A stretch of 63,394 nt of DNA, counting the filler, from Octopus bimaculoides (lineage: Eukaryota): assembly GCF_001194135.2 (NCBI RefSeq). It is 9 parts of 8 records of this genome, joined end to end, with 100 filler letters (N's around TTAATTAATTAA, not from the genome) between each part and the next. Parts side by side here need not be neighbours in the genome. Positions count along the whole stretch, not along the records: positions 46,816 to 52,619 come from NC_068983.1; positions 52,720 to 58,642 come from NC_069003.1; positions 58,743 to 60,926 come from NW_026376325.1; positions 61,027 to 62,170 come from NW_026360672.1; positions 62,271 to 63,394 come from NC_068987.1; 4 more parts are not named here. One strand, written 5' to 3'. Shown piece after piece: positions 51,490-63,394 of this stretch. Below the pieces are notes generated by a model, which was not told where the DNA came from, did no database searches, and worked only from the letters and a program-made list of their open reading frames with translations. Numbering within the stretch: the stretch's first letter is position 1; each line of letters begins with the position of its first letter. The position numbers were made by a program, and so were the translations under genes.

Positions 51490-51700
51490 AGTTCAAAAAC
51501 ACAATAACAAAAAAACAAAAAAACAACAAAGTGAGGACGTGATATGGATAGTATTATTGGACGCTCAGGAAAGGAAAGAGAGAGTGTATGACGTTTCGGG
51601 CGTAGCCCTTCGTCGGAAAGATGGAAAGTTTGGAGAATGGAAGAACGGAGAAAGAGGAAAATGGTACCGATGCCCACGAGGTTACATGATGAAAATATAN
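51490..51700 (-). mobile_element. Related TA-anchored Penelope-type element with hammerhead-like motif, copy 5
   Basis: Minus strand TCTTT-CCGACGA-A-GGGC-TAC-GCCC-GAAACGTC. Probably continues past the gap: 51884-51990 is homologous to 42560-42650 in inverse orientation. Confidence 0.55.
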
Positions 51701-52056
51701 NNNNNNNNNNNNNNNNNNNNNNNNNNNNNNNNNNNNNNNNNNNNNNNNNNNNNNNNNNNNNNNNNNNNNNNNNNNNNNNNNNNNNNNNNNNNNNNNNNNN
51801 NNNNNNNNNNNNNNNNNNNNNNNNNNNNNNNNNNNNNNNNNNNNNNNNNNNNNNNNNNNNNNNNNNNNNGTGTGTGTGTATGAGAAGGGATGACCACTAA
51901 GTGAACATCTTATATGCTAGAAAGAGGTCATCAACGACCCAACCACAAAGAAAAATAATGTTCTTCAGAAAAAAATTTCGCAAGACACCAGAGCACAGCG
52001 GGCAAGACAAAATGAGAAATATACAGAATAAAAGAATTGTGTACCAGGTTTCGAAC

Positions 52057-52240
52057 ATTAACGTATTACTTACGTAACAACATCCGTGTCCTCGTCAGCA
52101 CAATCGTTCTAGAATCAATATAACTGTACGCAAGTCTTATCTTATGAAGACAATTCGTGTAGAGTTGTGCAAATTATATTGATTCGAGAACGATTGTGTT
52201 AACGAGAACACGGATGTTGTTACGTAAGTAATACGTTAAT
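52057..52240. mobile_element. Foldback MITE with ~67-bp terminal inverted repeats
   Basis: Arms 52057-52123 and 52174-52240 are reverse complements with only a few mismatches; TTAA (or AT) at both ends. Confidence 0.75.
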
Positions 52241-52338
52241 CTAATATGTATACCATATAATGGAACTGAAGATACAATATCCCCGCATATCTCACGTCTA
52301 TTTTCATTCCTCCACTTCACTCTCTATTTCATACCTTA

Positions 52339-52364
52339 TCTATATATATAAAAATGAGAATGTG

Positions 52365-52401
<37 letters not shown>

Positions 52402-52619
52402 TTCTGTCTGTTTGTCTGTCTGTGTGTGTGAATCCCTAAAACTCGAGAACTACGCAACCAATTTCATTCAAATTTTACAGATGCCTTACTTAGGGTTCCA
52501 GTTGTGTTTTAGTCAAAAAATTTTTTTAACTTCTTGCAGAGTTCGAGCCCACGGCAACATAATATCTCCTCCACTATTTAAGTATTACGTATCAAAAGTG
52601 AAACAAAAACACTCATGTC
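52339..52619 (+). mobile_element. Non-autonomous Helitron-like 5' end with internal (CTGT)n
   Basis: A|TCTATATATATAAAAATGAG start, (GTCT)n microsatellite, then ACTACGCAACCAATTTCATTCAAATTTT, the layout of DINE/Lep1-type Helitrons. Runs into a gap. Confidence 0.55.
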
Positions 52620-52719
52620 NNNNNNNNNNNNNNNNNNNNNNNNNNNNNNNNNNNNNNNNNNNNTTAATTAATTAANNNNNNNNNNNNNNNNNNNNNNNNN
52701 NNNNNNNNNNNNNNNNNNN

Positions 52720-52759
<40 letters not shown>

Positions 52760-52761
<2 letters not shown>

Positions 52762-53690
52762 TGAGATAAAACATTTACATTGTCAACCGGTTTCGCTCTT
52801 GCTAATCATGGCTAAGAAAGTTTTGACAGTATTTCAATTTCATTGTATCATAAGGGGTTTTTAGCCCATGTTAGTAGCAGGAAAATGATTTGTAAATGTA
52901 TCAGTAGCTAACTAAAACTAAGGGGAATTAAACAGTAATTGTTATTTTTAGAAACAGGGGAGGCAATTAACCTTTCTTTTTTTTTGGGGGGGGGGGTGAA
53001 TTGATTGTATTTACATTATGAAGTTATGAATTCATGAATCAGAACATTTACAAAATCCAAAATAGGATGTACGGTTTGTGTTTCTCAATAAATACATTCT
53101 CTTTACTTAATTGTTGTTGTATATAAATTGTTTCATTGCATTCGTAACTGGAGAAACACTGAGGTTTGGTTGGCGATTCCACGTACATCTCTGAATGTGA
53201 TTGCTTAATGGTATTTATCTATACCTAGGGAAATGGATCTGTTCCTTATGAAGAGTAGTTGTTTAAGGGACATCCTTGTTTGACATTATAGTGGTGTCCT
53301 CATCCTGAACAAGTTATCACATAATTTAAATTTTCCGATGTTTCAATTCCAAACGTCACCATGTTGAGATACGTTCTACATCATTTAACCCCGCATCACT
53401 TAGCTCCTGGTTCTGTTGTTGTTGGGTATAATTAGGCCCCCTTCACAGTATTCTTTTTACTCCTTTAGATTGATTTTTACTTTTGATAAATTTGTGAGTT
53501 TGTAGAATGTGAATCATCTTAGGGTTCAATGTGAGAATAAGTACATTTTCAATAATGGTATTATACGTCTCATTGTTTCTGGGGTTGTGCGCCGAAATAT
53601 AGGGAAGTAATTTTTAAGTGAGGTGTACTACCCTATGATGATGGACCCTCTCATTGAAGATGATCTGTGGGTGTTCAGTGTTTTGCTAAA
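52760..53690 (-). mobile_element. Penelope-like element 3' part (GIY-YIG relic plus tail)
   Basis: LLPYISAHNPRN linker, ENLNYVITCSG*GH.., then ..HKEQI..P.YR..PLSNHI; tail carries GAAACCGGTT. Confidence 0.72.
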
Positions 53691-53699
53691 TGACTTGCA

Positions 53700-53940
53700 C
53701 AGATGATTTTGTTTAGAGGGAGCAAACGTATATGCTCTACATTACCTCATCCTCTCCGTCAAATCAACGCTGCTTGTACAGGTGCTCAAGTGTGCCACAC
53801 GTCTGATGTCGAAATGATTGCAGAGCTACATGAAATGAAGTGCTTTGCTTACAAATGCAACACACCGCACGGTCCGAGAATCGAACCTACGAGCAACCGA
53901 TCATGAGTGTAACACCCAAACCACTAGGCCATGAGCCTTC
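53700..53940 (-). mobile_element. tRNA-derived SINE family D
   Basis: GGCCTAGTGGTTTGGGTG...GGTTCGATTCTCGGACCG head; homologous to 63050-63210. Confidence 0.7.
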
Positions 53941-53944
53941 GCCC

Positions 53945-54110
<166 letters not shown>

Positions 54111-54129
54111 ATCACGAAAGACTTTGCAG

Positions 54130-55190
54130 AAAGTTAAACAAAAACACCATTGCTACTTGCTATTCAATGGCCGATTCCACTTTCTGCCTTCTCTTCAATC
54201 CAGTGAATGGTGCCATATGATATGTATCCACACAGAGGGACAAAGAAACTGAAATCATTTCGGGTGATGCTATAATTTAGGAGAATTACTCCCATGTTTC
54301 ACTGTTTCCTCTCAGAGGCATTGAATAGAACATTAAGGGATCTTATTAAAACAGTTGATCCCAGGTTTGAACATCTTCTGTTTGGTGGAAAATTTGGTGG
54401 GCATTTCCAACGAATATTTTATGTCATTAAATATGAAAGCAGATCAGTGATAAAAGCCAGCAGCTTTAACAATCCATCTTTATGGAAACGTAAAAAAAAA
54501 TCAACTGACAGAATATATGCAATTAAAAGCTTATGCACAGAATTCAGAAGATCAAAACAACCAAATTCAGCTCAAAAACTTTATACTTCATGTAGGAAAT
54601 GTTTCTGTAGTAGAAGACACAAATGATGAAATTACTATACCCCAGAGATGTTACATTGTTCCTGATTTCAATGACCTCATTTCCTTGGTTTTCAACAGAA
54701 ATGTCATACAAAAACGCATTGCGGAGTCGGGAAAATTTTCAAAAAATGTTGTTTTAGCATCATATAATATAGATGTTGTTCTCATTAATGAGGAAATACT
54801 GAAACTCATTCCAGGAGATGAAAAGTTTCGCTTTAATGATGATCAATGTTTACATCAGGCTGACCCTTCAGAATTCACTACAGAATACGTAAATACTTTA
54901 ACTATTTCCAGTAAACCATCACACATATACAAATAAAGACTAATGTTGTAATTATACTCTTACGTAGAATTAACGAAGCTAATGGCACTTGTAACAGTAT
55001 ATGTTTAGTTATTCAAGTCGTTTAAGATAAAGTCATTAGCACAAAAAAAGAGTTCCCTTTTAAATTAGCAATGGCAATGACAATTAATAAATGATGAGGA
55101 CAAACACTTGAAAAGATCGCTTTATATTTACCAAAGCCCTTATTCACTTCTCTAGAGTGCCCACATGGTTTCTAGGATTGAACATTACAA
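54130..55190 (+). pseudogene. Helitron PIF1-type helicase relic
   Basis: ALNRTLRDL..LLFGGK.GG.F..I, VLASYN.DV..INEEILKLIPGDEK, EFTTEYVNTL, KLAMAMTINK and ALYLPKP. Frameshifted. Confidence 0.85.
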
Positions 55191-55232
<42 letters not shown>

Positions 55233-55276
55233 ACACACACATACACATACACACATACATATATATAGAAAACAAA

Positions 55277-56436
55277 GTTATTTTATTCCACACAGGTAAA
55301 AATATAATAAAAATAGAAGTAGAAAATGCACTGAAAATAGATAAAATATTTTTTATTAATATGTTTAAAGCTTGAACCGGTTTCACATTTTACACTGATT
55401 TTCAAAAAGTTCAAATAGAAAGACGTGGCTTATGTTGCGGCTCTCTTACTTCTGACTAGTATTTGAAGATTGTCCTATTTTTTGAATAGGATTTGTTTGG
55501 AAGAGGATAGTCACATGACTGGTCTCAGAAATTTTTTTAGGTTCCCCGCTACGCCCCTGTGTCAATATCAAGTGACATATGTCTATGTGTCCACTCAGTG
55601 AAATCTGGGAAAAAATTAATTCCCCCAAATTCCAGGTCTTCCCACTCTAAGTTCAGCGAATACCACAGATGAGGCACGGATAAACAAAGAAAATACTTTT
55701 ATACAAAAGTACAAACCAAGACTTAACAAACTCTAACAGAGTACATAAACAAATAGCTATTCACACACAAAACTCATTCTGTCACTTAACATAATGAACC
55801 TACACAGCTAACAGCCTACACTTTAGCCATTGGACTACATACGAACGACTCCTATCCACTCTCAAGAAATTAAATCTAGAATGCTTTGATTATAAATAAA
55901 CATGGTCACTCAACCGTGTCGGCCATCTTTTTAGGAGCAAAATATACTGTCACGTGACACTAACGGATAGACATAGCGGGAAACGCACAAAAAGATTATA
56001 AACTTCATCAAATGTTCATTCTCTACAAACACTTGAAGAAAACGTTCAGAGCATTGATTGTTTGGACATGTTCAGTCAACAGTGTCGGCCTTTACTTACG
56101 GCAGCAAACATTGTCACTTGATACTAACACACGGCCGTAGCGGGGAACCTACAAATATTTCTAAGACCAGTAATGTGGCTATCCTCTACCAATCAAATCC
56201 TATTAAAAACATACAAATTTGAGCCTATAAAAACAGGGCAAACTTCAAACACTAGTCAAAAGCAAGACAGATGCAACATAAGCTACGTCTTTCTATTTGA
56301 ACAATTTGAAAATGAGTGTCAACTGTGAAACCAGTTAAAGATTAAAATATATTAGTAAAAAATATCTTAACTAATCTCAATGCATTTTCAACTTCTATTT
56401 TCCCTATATTTCTACCTGTGTGGAATAAAATAACTA
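55277..56436 (+). mobile_element. Penelope-like 3' end with inverted pseudo-LTR
   Basis: ARINKENTFIQKYKPRLNKL* (GIY-YIG C-terminus) at ~55670-55733; 55277-55600 is an inverted homologue of 56110-56436. Confidence 0.72.
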
Positions 56437-56460
56437 TATACATGTGTGTGTGTGTGTGTA

Positions 56461-56600
56461 TAAATTAGCAATGGCAATGACAGTTAATAAATAACAAAGA
56501 TAAATATTGCAAAAATTGCTTTATATTTACTAAATTCGCACATGGACAGCAATATGTTACTTTCTCTAGAGTGTCCACAGGGTTTCTGGGATTTCAACAT
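56461..56600 (+). pseudogene. Second copy of Helitron helicase C-terminal motifs
   Basis: [26 protein letters not shown]; direct homologue of 55060-55190. Confidence 0.75.
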
Positions 56601-56669
56601 TATATATACATGCATATATATGTGTGTGTGTACGTGTGTGAGAGAGAGTATATACACACATACATAGAC

Positions 56670-56721
<52 letters not shown>

Positions 56722-56827
56722 GGCGCTGCTCCAGCATGACCATAGCCACTTGGCTGAAACCCATAAATAAATATAAATAAATAAATAAAAGATATATAGA
56801 TATAGAGATATATATATGTATGTATGC

Positions 56828-56862
<35 letters not shown>

Positions 56863-57164
56863 GGAAAATGAAAAAAAGCCAGAATATATATATATTTGAA
56901 CTATAAAATATTTAAACTTGTGGCTATATAAACCTCTCCTTATCCTTCATGCTTTCATGCATTTCGTTCTTTTCGAACTGGGGTAGCCATATCTTTCTAT
57001 CTTTTTTTCTAAATCTATCTCCCTCCTTCTCTAGCCTTTCCTTCCCTAACTGGGTTACCATGTATTTCCTCTACAGCAACACATTTGCCTATTATATTTT
57101 ACTCTCCCGCCACGCAAGAGCTCTTGGGCTTCAAAGTTACTCATAGACTCCATCTGTGCTGGTA

Positions 57165-57360
57165 CCACGTAAAAAGCATTGGTACTGTTGCTATGTTAAA
57201 AGCACTCAGTACACTCTATAAAGTGGTTGGTATTAAGAGAGACACCCAGCCGAAGAAACCACGTCGAAGCAAACATTGGATCCTGGCATAACGTTCTGCG
57301 TTGCCAGCTCAAACTATGCAACCTCTACCAGCCTGGAAATCGGGCGTTAAATGATGATGA
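57165..57360 (+). mobile_element. RTE-type 3' tail fragment
   Basis: Ends ACCAGCCTGGAAATCGGGCGTTAAATGATGATG, like the RTE tail at 6640-6700. Confidence 0.6.
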
Positions 57361-58160
57361 GAAGGATTATGACTTGAATTGAGGATGGACAAATTACACA
57401 ACAAATAATGAAATCAATCTTATGCAATAACATTTTCAACATAACCACTACCCGAAAAAAAAAACATTCAGCGGAAACACAACAATCAGGAATAATATGT
57501 AGCAATAAACTGAAAAACAAATATTCATTTAGGTACATATATTTCATTTACTTCTTCATAACATCAGTTTTAAAAGTTTCTTTCAAAATTAGTAGTACTT
57601 CATTTACATTTACTAATACATCCAGATCATGAATAAATATTTATTCAGTAACACAAGCAGCAAAGAATACAAATATTTCACAACCATTAGGAAGAGACCC
57701 GAATTTCAGAGGTTATTTTTAGGATTTTCCAGTGAAACAAACGTGCCTCATGAACTCATTAAATGTCAGGAATAACCTGTTGATTATACAATAATCGAAG
57801 AAAATGCATGCATAACATGTAATAGTCGCAGTAACAATAAACACGAAAAATATATTCAGTAATAAGTCCAGTGTCCTTTAATAATGCTCATAGCACACCT
57901 TTCAATAACAGCCAAATCTCTTTGAAACCATACCTAAAGTATGAAGCATCTGTCTTCAGATACTATGCACGCGCTAACTTTCAGTGAAACTGTTCCCGCC
58001 TGCATGCCATATGTCTACATATGTATATGCACCATATTAATGTATTATACAATTATGTCAAATCAATGTAAAATATTGGCATATATTTACGTTGATTTGA
58101 TATGATTATAAAGATAGTATGTGTGCATTAGTATACATACATAAATACATACATGCATAT

Positions 58161-58540
58161 ATTCTTTTATTCGTTCATTTGTCACAGTCATTTGATTGCG
58201 GCCACGATGGAGTACCGCTTTAAAGAGCATTAGTCGCAGAAATCAACTCCAGGACTAATTCTTTGTAAACCTAGTACTTATTCCATCGATATCTTTTTGT
58301 CAAAGCGCTAGATTACAGGGGCATAAACACACCAGCATCGGTTGTCAAGCGATGGTGGGGGGACAAACAGAGACACACATAAAACTATACATATATGTAT
58401 ATACGACCGGCTACTTTCAGTTTCCGTTGACCAAATTCACTAAAGTAGAAAACATTTTCCTGAGGCTTGACACAGTGGGGCTGAACGCGAGACCATGTGG
58501 TAGGGAAACAAGATTCCTACCACACAGCCACGCCAGGGCC
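58161..58540 (-). mobile_element. SINE family C, near full length (tRNA head, CORE-like part, internal TA/TG microsatellite, 3' half)
   Basis: GGCGTGGCTGTGTGGT head, GTTCAGCCCC B-box-like motif, and a tail matching 28300-28510. Confidence 0.75.
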
Positions 58541-58598
58541 TATATTATGACAATTTACTGATTATCCTAAACTATGCATACATATATATAAATATATA

Positions 58599-58642
<44 letters not shown>

Positions 58643-58752
58643 NNNNNNNNNNNNNNNNNNNNNNNNNNNNNNNNNNNNNNNNNNNNTTAATTAATTAANN
58701 NNNNNNNNNNNNNNNNNNNNNNNNNNNNNNNNNNNNNNNNNNTTTATATATT

Positions 58753-58783
<31 letters not shown>

Positions 58784-59229
58784 ATACAGACATATATATC
58801 AGATACGTATATGGATAAATATATATCTACGCACGTATACACACATAAATGTGTGTATGTATATATATTCGATGCGTATATGGACAAATATATACACACA
58901 TAAACGTGTATACATACACACACACATATATGTATACGTATGTATGTTTATGGACAAATATATGTAGGCACATATACACACATAAATGTATATACATACA
59001 TACACACATATATATAAACACATATGTACACGTATATATGCTTACACACACACACACACACACAAACATATATATACATATATATACTGCATTCATATAT
59101 GCATGTATACGTACACACTGACAAAAACACACACACACACACACACGTACATATATATATAAATAAATAATATAATTACATATCTAAACACACATATCCA
59201 TGCACAGGAATGTACAAACACATACACAC

Positions 59230-59520
59230 ACGCCGACAAGCAAACACTATCATTTCACGTATAACATTATATGCAGTTTGTACGGCCGTCAATAAATATA
59301 CGTCGGCCATTTTAACGTGGCGTTCGCTCGGAATTCGGCCGCGCAAATCTGAACGCTGTTGATTCATTAAGCAGACGATAGAAGGAAGAGATTTTAGTCA
59401 ACGTTCATTGAATTAGTATGATTTATAATGCTTCACCTCAACACACACATCTGGTCCGAATGCATTCAGGCCCGAAGTGAATCGGCATCGTTAATTTTAT
59501 TGGATAAGCCGCTCTGGTAG
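59230..59520. promoter_or_regulatory. CpG-rich unique island (promoter- or enhancer-like)
   Basis: Dense CpG, YY1-like AAAATGGCCG on the minus strand at 59304-59313, and near-palindrome GGTCCGAATGCATTCAGGCC. Confidence 0.3.
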
Positions 59521-59689
59521 TCATAATAATTATCATTATCATGTTATTATTTATCATCATTATTAATATTTGTTGCAGTTGTGATATCTATAATGATAGT
59601 AGTTGTTGCTGTTGTACAAGTCTTGTTATTTAGCCATGGCGTATGTATATCATTGCTGTTGTTGTTGTTCATATTAGCAAATATTGTTG

Positions 59690-60136
59690 TTAATCTATCT
59701 GTCTTGACTTCTTTCTCTTTCCTACTCTCTCCTACTCTCTGTATCTTTCTCTCCCCTCCTCTTTGTCGTTTTCTTCATCCTTTCTTTTTACTCCTATTTC
59801 TTCTTCTTCATTTTCTTCATCACTTTCTTCTTCTTCTTCTCCACTTCCTCATCACTTTTCTTCTTCATCACTTCTTTTCCACTTCTACTTCTTCTCTTTC
59901 TTCTCCATTCTTCCTCCCTCTCCTCTTTTCTTCTTCTTCTTCTCTTTCTCCATTTTTCCTCCTCTTTTCTTCTTCTTCTCTTTCTCCATTTTTCCTCCTC
60001 CTCCTCTTCTTTTTCTTCTTCTCCATTTTTCCTCCTCCTCTTCTTCTTCTTCGTCTCCATTTTTCCTCCTCCTCTTTTTCGTCTTCTTCACTTCCACTTC
60101 CCTTCCTTTTCCTTCTCCCTCTTGATACTGATCTTG

Positions 60137-60177
<41 letters not shown>

Positions 60178-60180
60178 TGG
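59690..60180. repeat. Pyrimidine-rich (TCT/TCC)n low-complexity tract plus (TTA)n
   Basis: Directly visible. Confidence 0.92.
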
Positions 60181-60316
60181 TATTATAATTATTATTAATA
60201 CCGCTGCAAATGGACTAGAATTAATGTGCATTTGACGAGAATCTGAACTGGAAACGCGTGTCAGAGTGTGCACGCATGTGTCTGCACACACACGCACACA
60301 CACACATACATATGTA

Positions 60317-60362
<46 letters not shown>

Positions 60363-60660
60363 ATTATGTACATACACGCATTATGGGTGTCTATATGGCT
60401 CTCTGTTTATAAATGTGTGTATCGTTACACGCAAAAGAGCTCCACAAATGCATGTGCATGCAAGCAAGTTTTTAAGTGTGTATGTGTGTGCGTTTGTGCG
60501 TGTGTGTGTGTGTGTGATGTATACATATATGTAATTATATATATATATATATATATATTTATACGTATATATATAAATATATAGACATGCATATTCATAT
60601 ATGCATATATATTTACAAATATATATATATATACACACGCGCATATACATATATATATAC

Positions 60661-60724
<64 letters not shown>

Positions 60725-62270
60725 ATATATATACGGATATATACCAGGGAACACTTGAGAACTGAACATAGATTCCAATATCTTGGATACACGACCCCAC
60801 CATATATCTATATATATTATGTGAATGTATGTGTGTAAATATATATATGTCGCACGTATGTATATTCATATAGCTACATACATATAAACACTTACGCATA
60901 TATATGTATACGTTTAAATATATATANNNNNNNNNNNNNNNNNNNNNNNNNNNNNNNNNNNNNNNNNNNNTTAATTAATTAANNNNNNNNNNNNNNNNNN
61001 NNNNNNNNNNNNNNNNNNNNNNNNNNAAAGGACGAAAGGAAGAAGTAGAAAGAAAGTAAAAGAGATATATTATACAACTTTGCCAAAGACTACCCATCAT
61101 GGTAAATGTCAAGAATTACTTCTGCCCAGATTCTTTACAAACCAACTACAAACCCAATGTGTAGGGCTAGTCACATTTAGGACACCGTTGCTACTACATA
61201 CAAAATCGTCCAAAATACCTTCCGACGAACACGTTACAAGCTTTGACCCACTGAGACGCTGTCTTCTCTCTTTGCCTCTTCTATTGTTATTGCAATGGCT
61301 GTTGCTCTTCTCAACAAACTAATGACATTCCACCAGCAGCCAAGCCCACCTGAGACACTTATCTCTATTCCTCACTTCATCTCAACTATGTTTCACTCGT
61401 CTCAGCGACCCCATGAAATATTTCACCTCATCCTTTATCTCACTGACAATCAATCCTCTAGAATTCTCTTCCCTCCCATTTTGCTCAAACANNNNNNNNN
61501 NNNNNNNNNNNNNNNNNNGGCTGTCCATTGAATTTCAGTTTGACGTACTTTCACACAGATCTAATTCGAAGTTTTATTTCGATGGAGTGGGTTGACCCGA
61601 AGGCATTTCTTTCATTACTAGTAGCCTTGACTTTAATAAAGACAAGACGCGAATAACCATCCTCTCAGTTTCTCTATACCATTCAGTCACCATCTGCATT
61701 CACAAAACATTTTTAAGCTTCAAATATATATCTTAGTTCAGTAGATTGTATACCCGCTGCAAGAACATGAGATGGTGACGACGAACGTCATCAATTCAGT
61801 CTTATTGTAGAAATATCACTGTGTAAGCATGAAAAGTACAATGTTAGCAGAGATAATCAGTTAAGAAATATATGACTGCTGATTTATTAAATGATTTACA
61901 AAACTTCTAAAATGTAAGCATCCTTCAACGTCCATTGGAAAATCGATTGTAACCACAGAGAAACTACTACGAACACTGCATGGGTGATAAGGTAGAATAT
62001 GAATGTCGGAAATCAAATGGTCAATTTGAGACTGTTTCAGGATCCTTTGACGGAATGTCCCTATATAGTCTCTCTATCTAAAACATTAAATCGTGACATC
62101 TAAAATAAAGAACGATATTTTAGGCATCGTAGTGCCTCATTGAAGGCAAACAGACGGATTGGTCACGGCTNNNNNNNNNNNNNNNNNNNNNNNNNNNNNN
62201 NNNNNNNNNNNNNNTTAATTAATTAANNNNNNNNNNNNNNNNNNNNNNNNNNNNNNNNNNNNNNNNNNNN

Positions 62271-62990
62271 GTTCCCGGGAGTTCTCCATGACTCTATGTC
62301 ATCTCAGGTGGTATTGCGTTGTATTCCTCACAAACCCTTTCTTTCAAATCCTCAAGAGTTCGAGGACGATGTCGGAAAACTTTTTCTTTTAGGTATCCCC
62401 AAAGGAAAACGTCACAAGGGCTTAAATCTGGTGACCTTGCCGGCCACCCCACGTCTCCCCTCAAAGAAATCTAATGCCCAGGAAACATTTTCTTCAAAAC
62501 TCCAAGCGAACGTCATGTTGTGTGAGCTATGGCACCGTCCTGTTGAAACCATAGATGTTCGGTATCCAACCCGTCCAGTTTAGGATGCAAAAAGTCCTTC
62601 AACCTTTTCAATGTACCGTCCAGAGGTAACCGTTACTGTTTCAACATCTTCTTTAAAAAAGTACGGGCCGATGACTCCAAAATCGCCAATTTCACACCAA
62701 ACAGTTACAAAAGGAGAATGAAGCGGTCTTTCGTGGTTCATGAGGATTATGTTCAGATCAATAGCGAAAATTCTGCTTGTTTACGTTTCTATTGATTTGG
62801 AAGTGAGCTTCATCGGTACTCAGAAGAACAGCTGCAGCGGGAACTTGTGCAAGAATATCCGCATATTGGGCTTTACGATTGTTATGATCTGTTTCCGTTA
62901 ATTCTTGAACTAACATCATTTTTTAAGGATGCGGTTTCAAATTAGACTATCGGATGTTGTTACAATAGCTGGTCACAATGCGCTTCACGT
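62271..62990 (-). pseudogene. Tc1/mariner DD41D (rosa-type) transposase pseudogene
   Basis: STDEAHF..VNKQNFRY, VTVWCEIG..GVIGPYFF, WFQQDGAIAHT...WPARSPDLSPCDVFLWGYLKEKV; 41 positions between the second and third D; in-frame stops. Confidence 0.9.
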
Positions 62991-63049
62991 TGTTTTAGCT
63001 TTCAAATGACGCCACCCCACTGGCTTAGACGAGCGAGTCAACATTCTCC

Positions 63050-63210
63050 TTGATCGAAAGGCTATTTCGTCAGAGGGTTAACCATTTTCTGCTGAGTGGA
63101 CTAACACAACGCGAAATGAAGTGCTTTGCTCAAGAACACAAGGCGCTGCACGGTCCGGAAATCGAACCCATGATCTAGCGATTGTGAGTGCAATATCCTA
63201 GCCCCTAGGT
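63050..63210 (-). mobile_element. tRNA-derived SINE family D
   Basis: GGGTTCGATTTCCGGACCG...GAGCAAAGCACTTCATTTC; homologous to 53700-53940. Confidence 0.7.
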
Positions 63211-63321
63211 CACACACACACACACATTTCTCTCTGCCTATGTTTATGTCAGTCTGTTTTGCTCTCTCTTTCTATCTCTGTTTCTATCTGTCTGTCTGTC
63301 TCTTTCTCCCCTCTTTCTCTA

Positions 63322-63394
<73 letters not shown>

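Noticed and set aside
61520-62170. Possible integrase or mariner relic (DGYSRLVF-like words)
   Set aside because: Motifs too short and disrupted; flanked by gaps.

Overview
AT-rich, microsatellite-saturated eukaryotic (animal) scaffold with many N gaps. Eight 100-nt gaps contain a TTAATTAATTAA six-frame-stop joiner, so adjacency across them is uncertain. The SINE families, R4/Dong, RTE, Tx1 and Penelope relics resemble a coleoid cephalopod (Octopus-like) genome; this is recognition from memory, not a search. No intact protein-coding gene is identifiable, and most long ORFs in the track are microsatellite or gap artefacts. Recognisable coding content is all decayed transposons: two mariners, a DD41D Tc1/mariner, RTE, two Tx1/L1, a Mag-type Gypsy with a tRNA-Ser PBS, several R4/Dong pieces, Penelope RT/GIY-YIG relics and Helitron RepHel relics, plus piggyBac-like and foldback MITEs and many tRNA-derived SINEs. 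The most interesting signals are: (1) short TA-anchored elements and Penelope ends carrying minimal hammerhead-ribozyme-like motifs with covarying stem II and palindromic, dimer-type stem III; (2) a Tx1 3' tail that matches the linker of a recurrent dimeric SINE; (3) a (TTAGGG)3 patch inside a Dong ORF; (4) two phase-compatible candidate exons of an unknown minus-strand gene, plus several regulatory-looking unique islands. Element boundaries are approximate unless a TSD or TIR is given.
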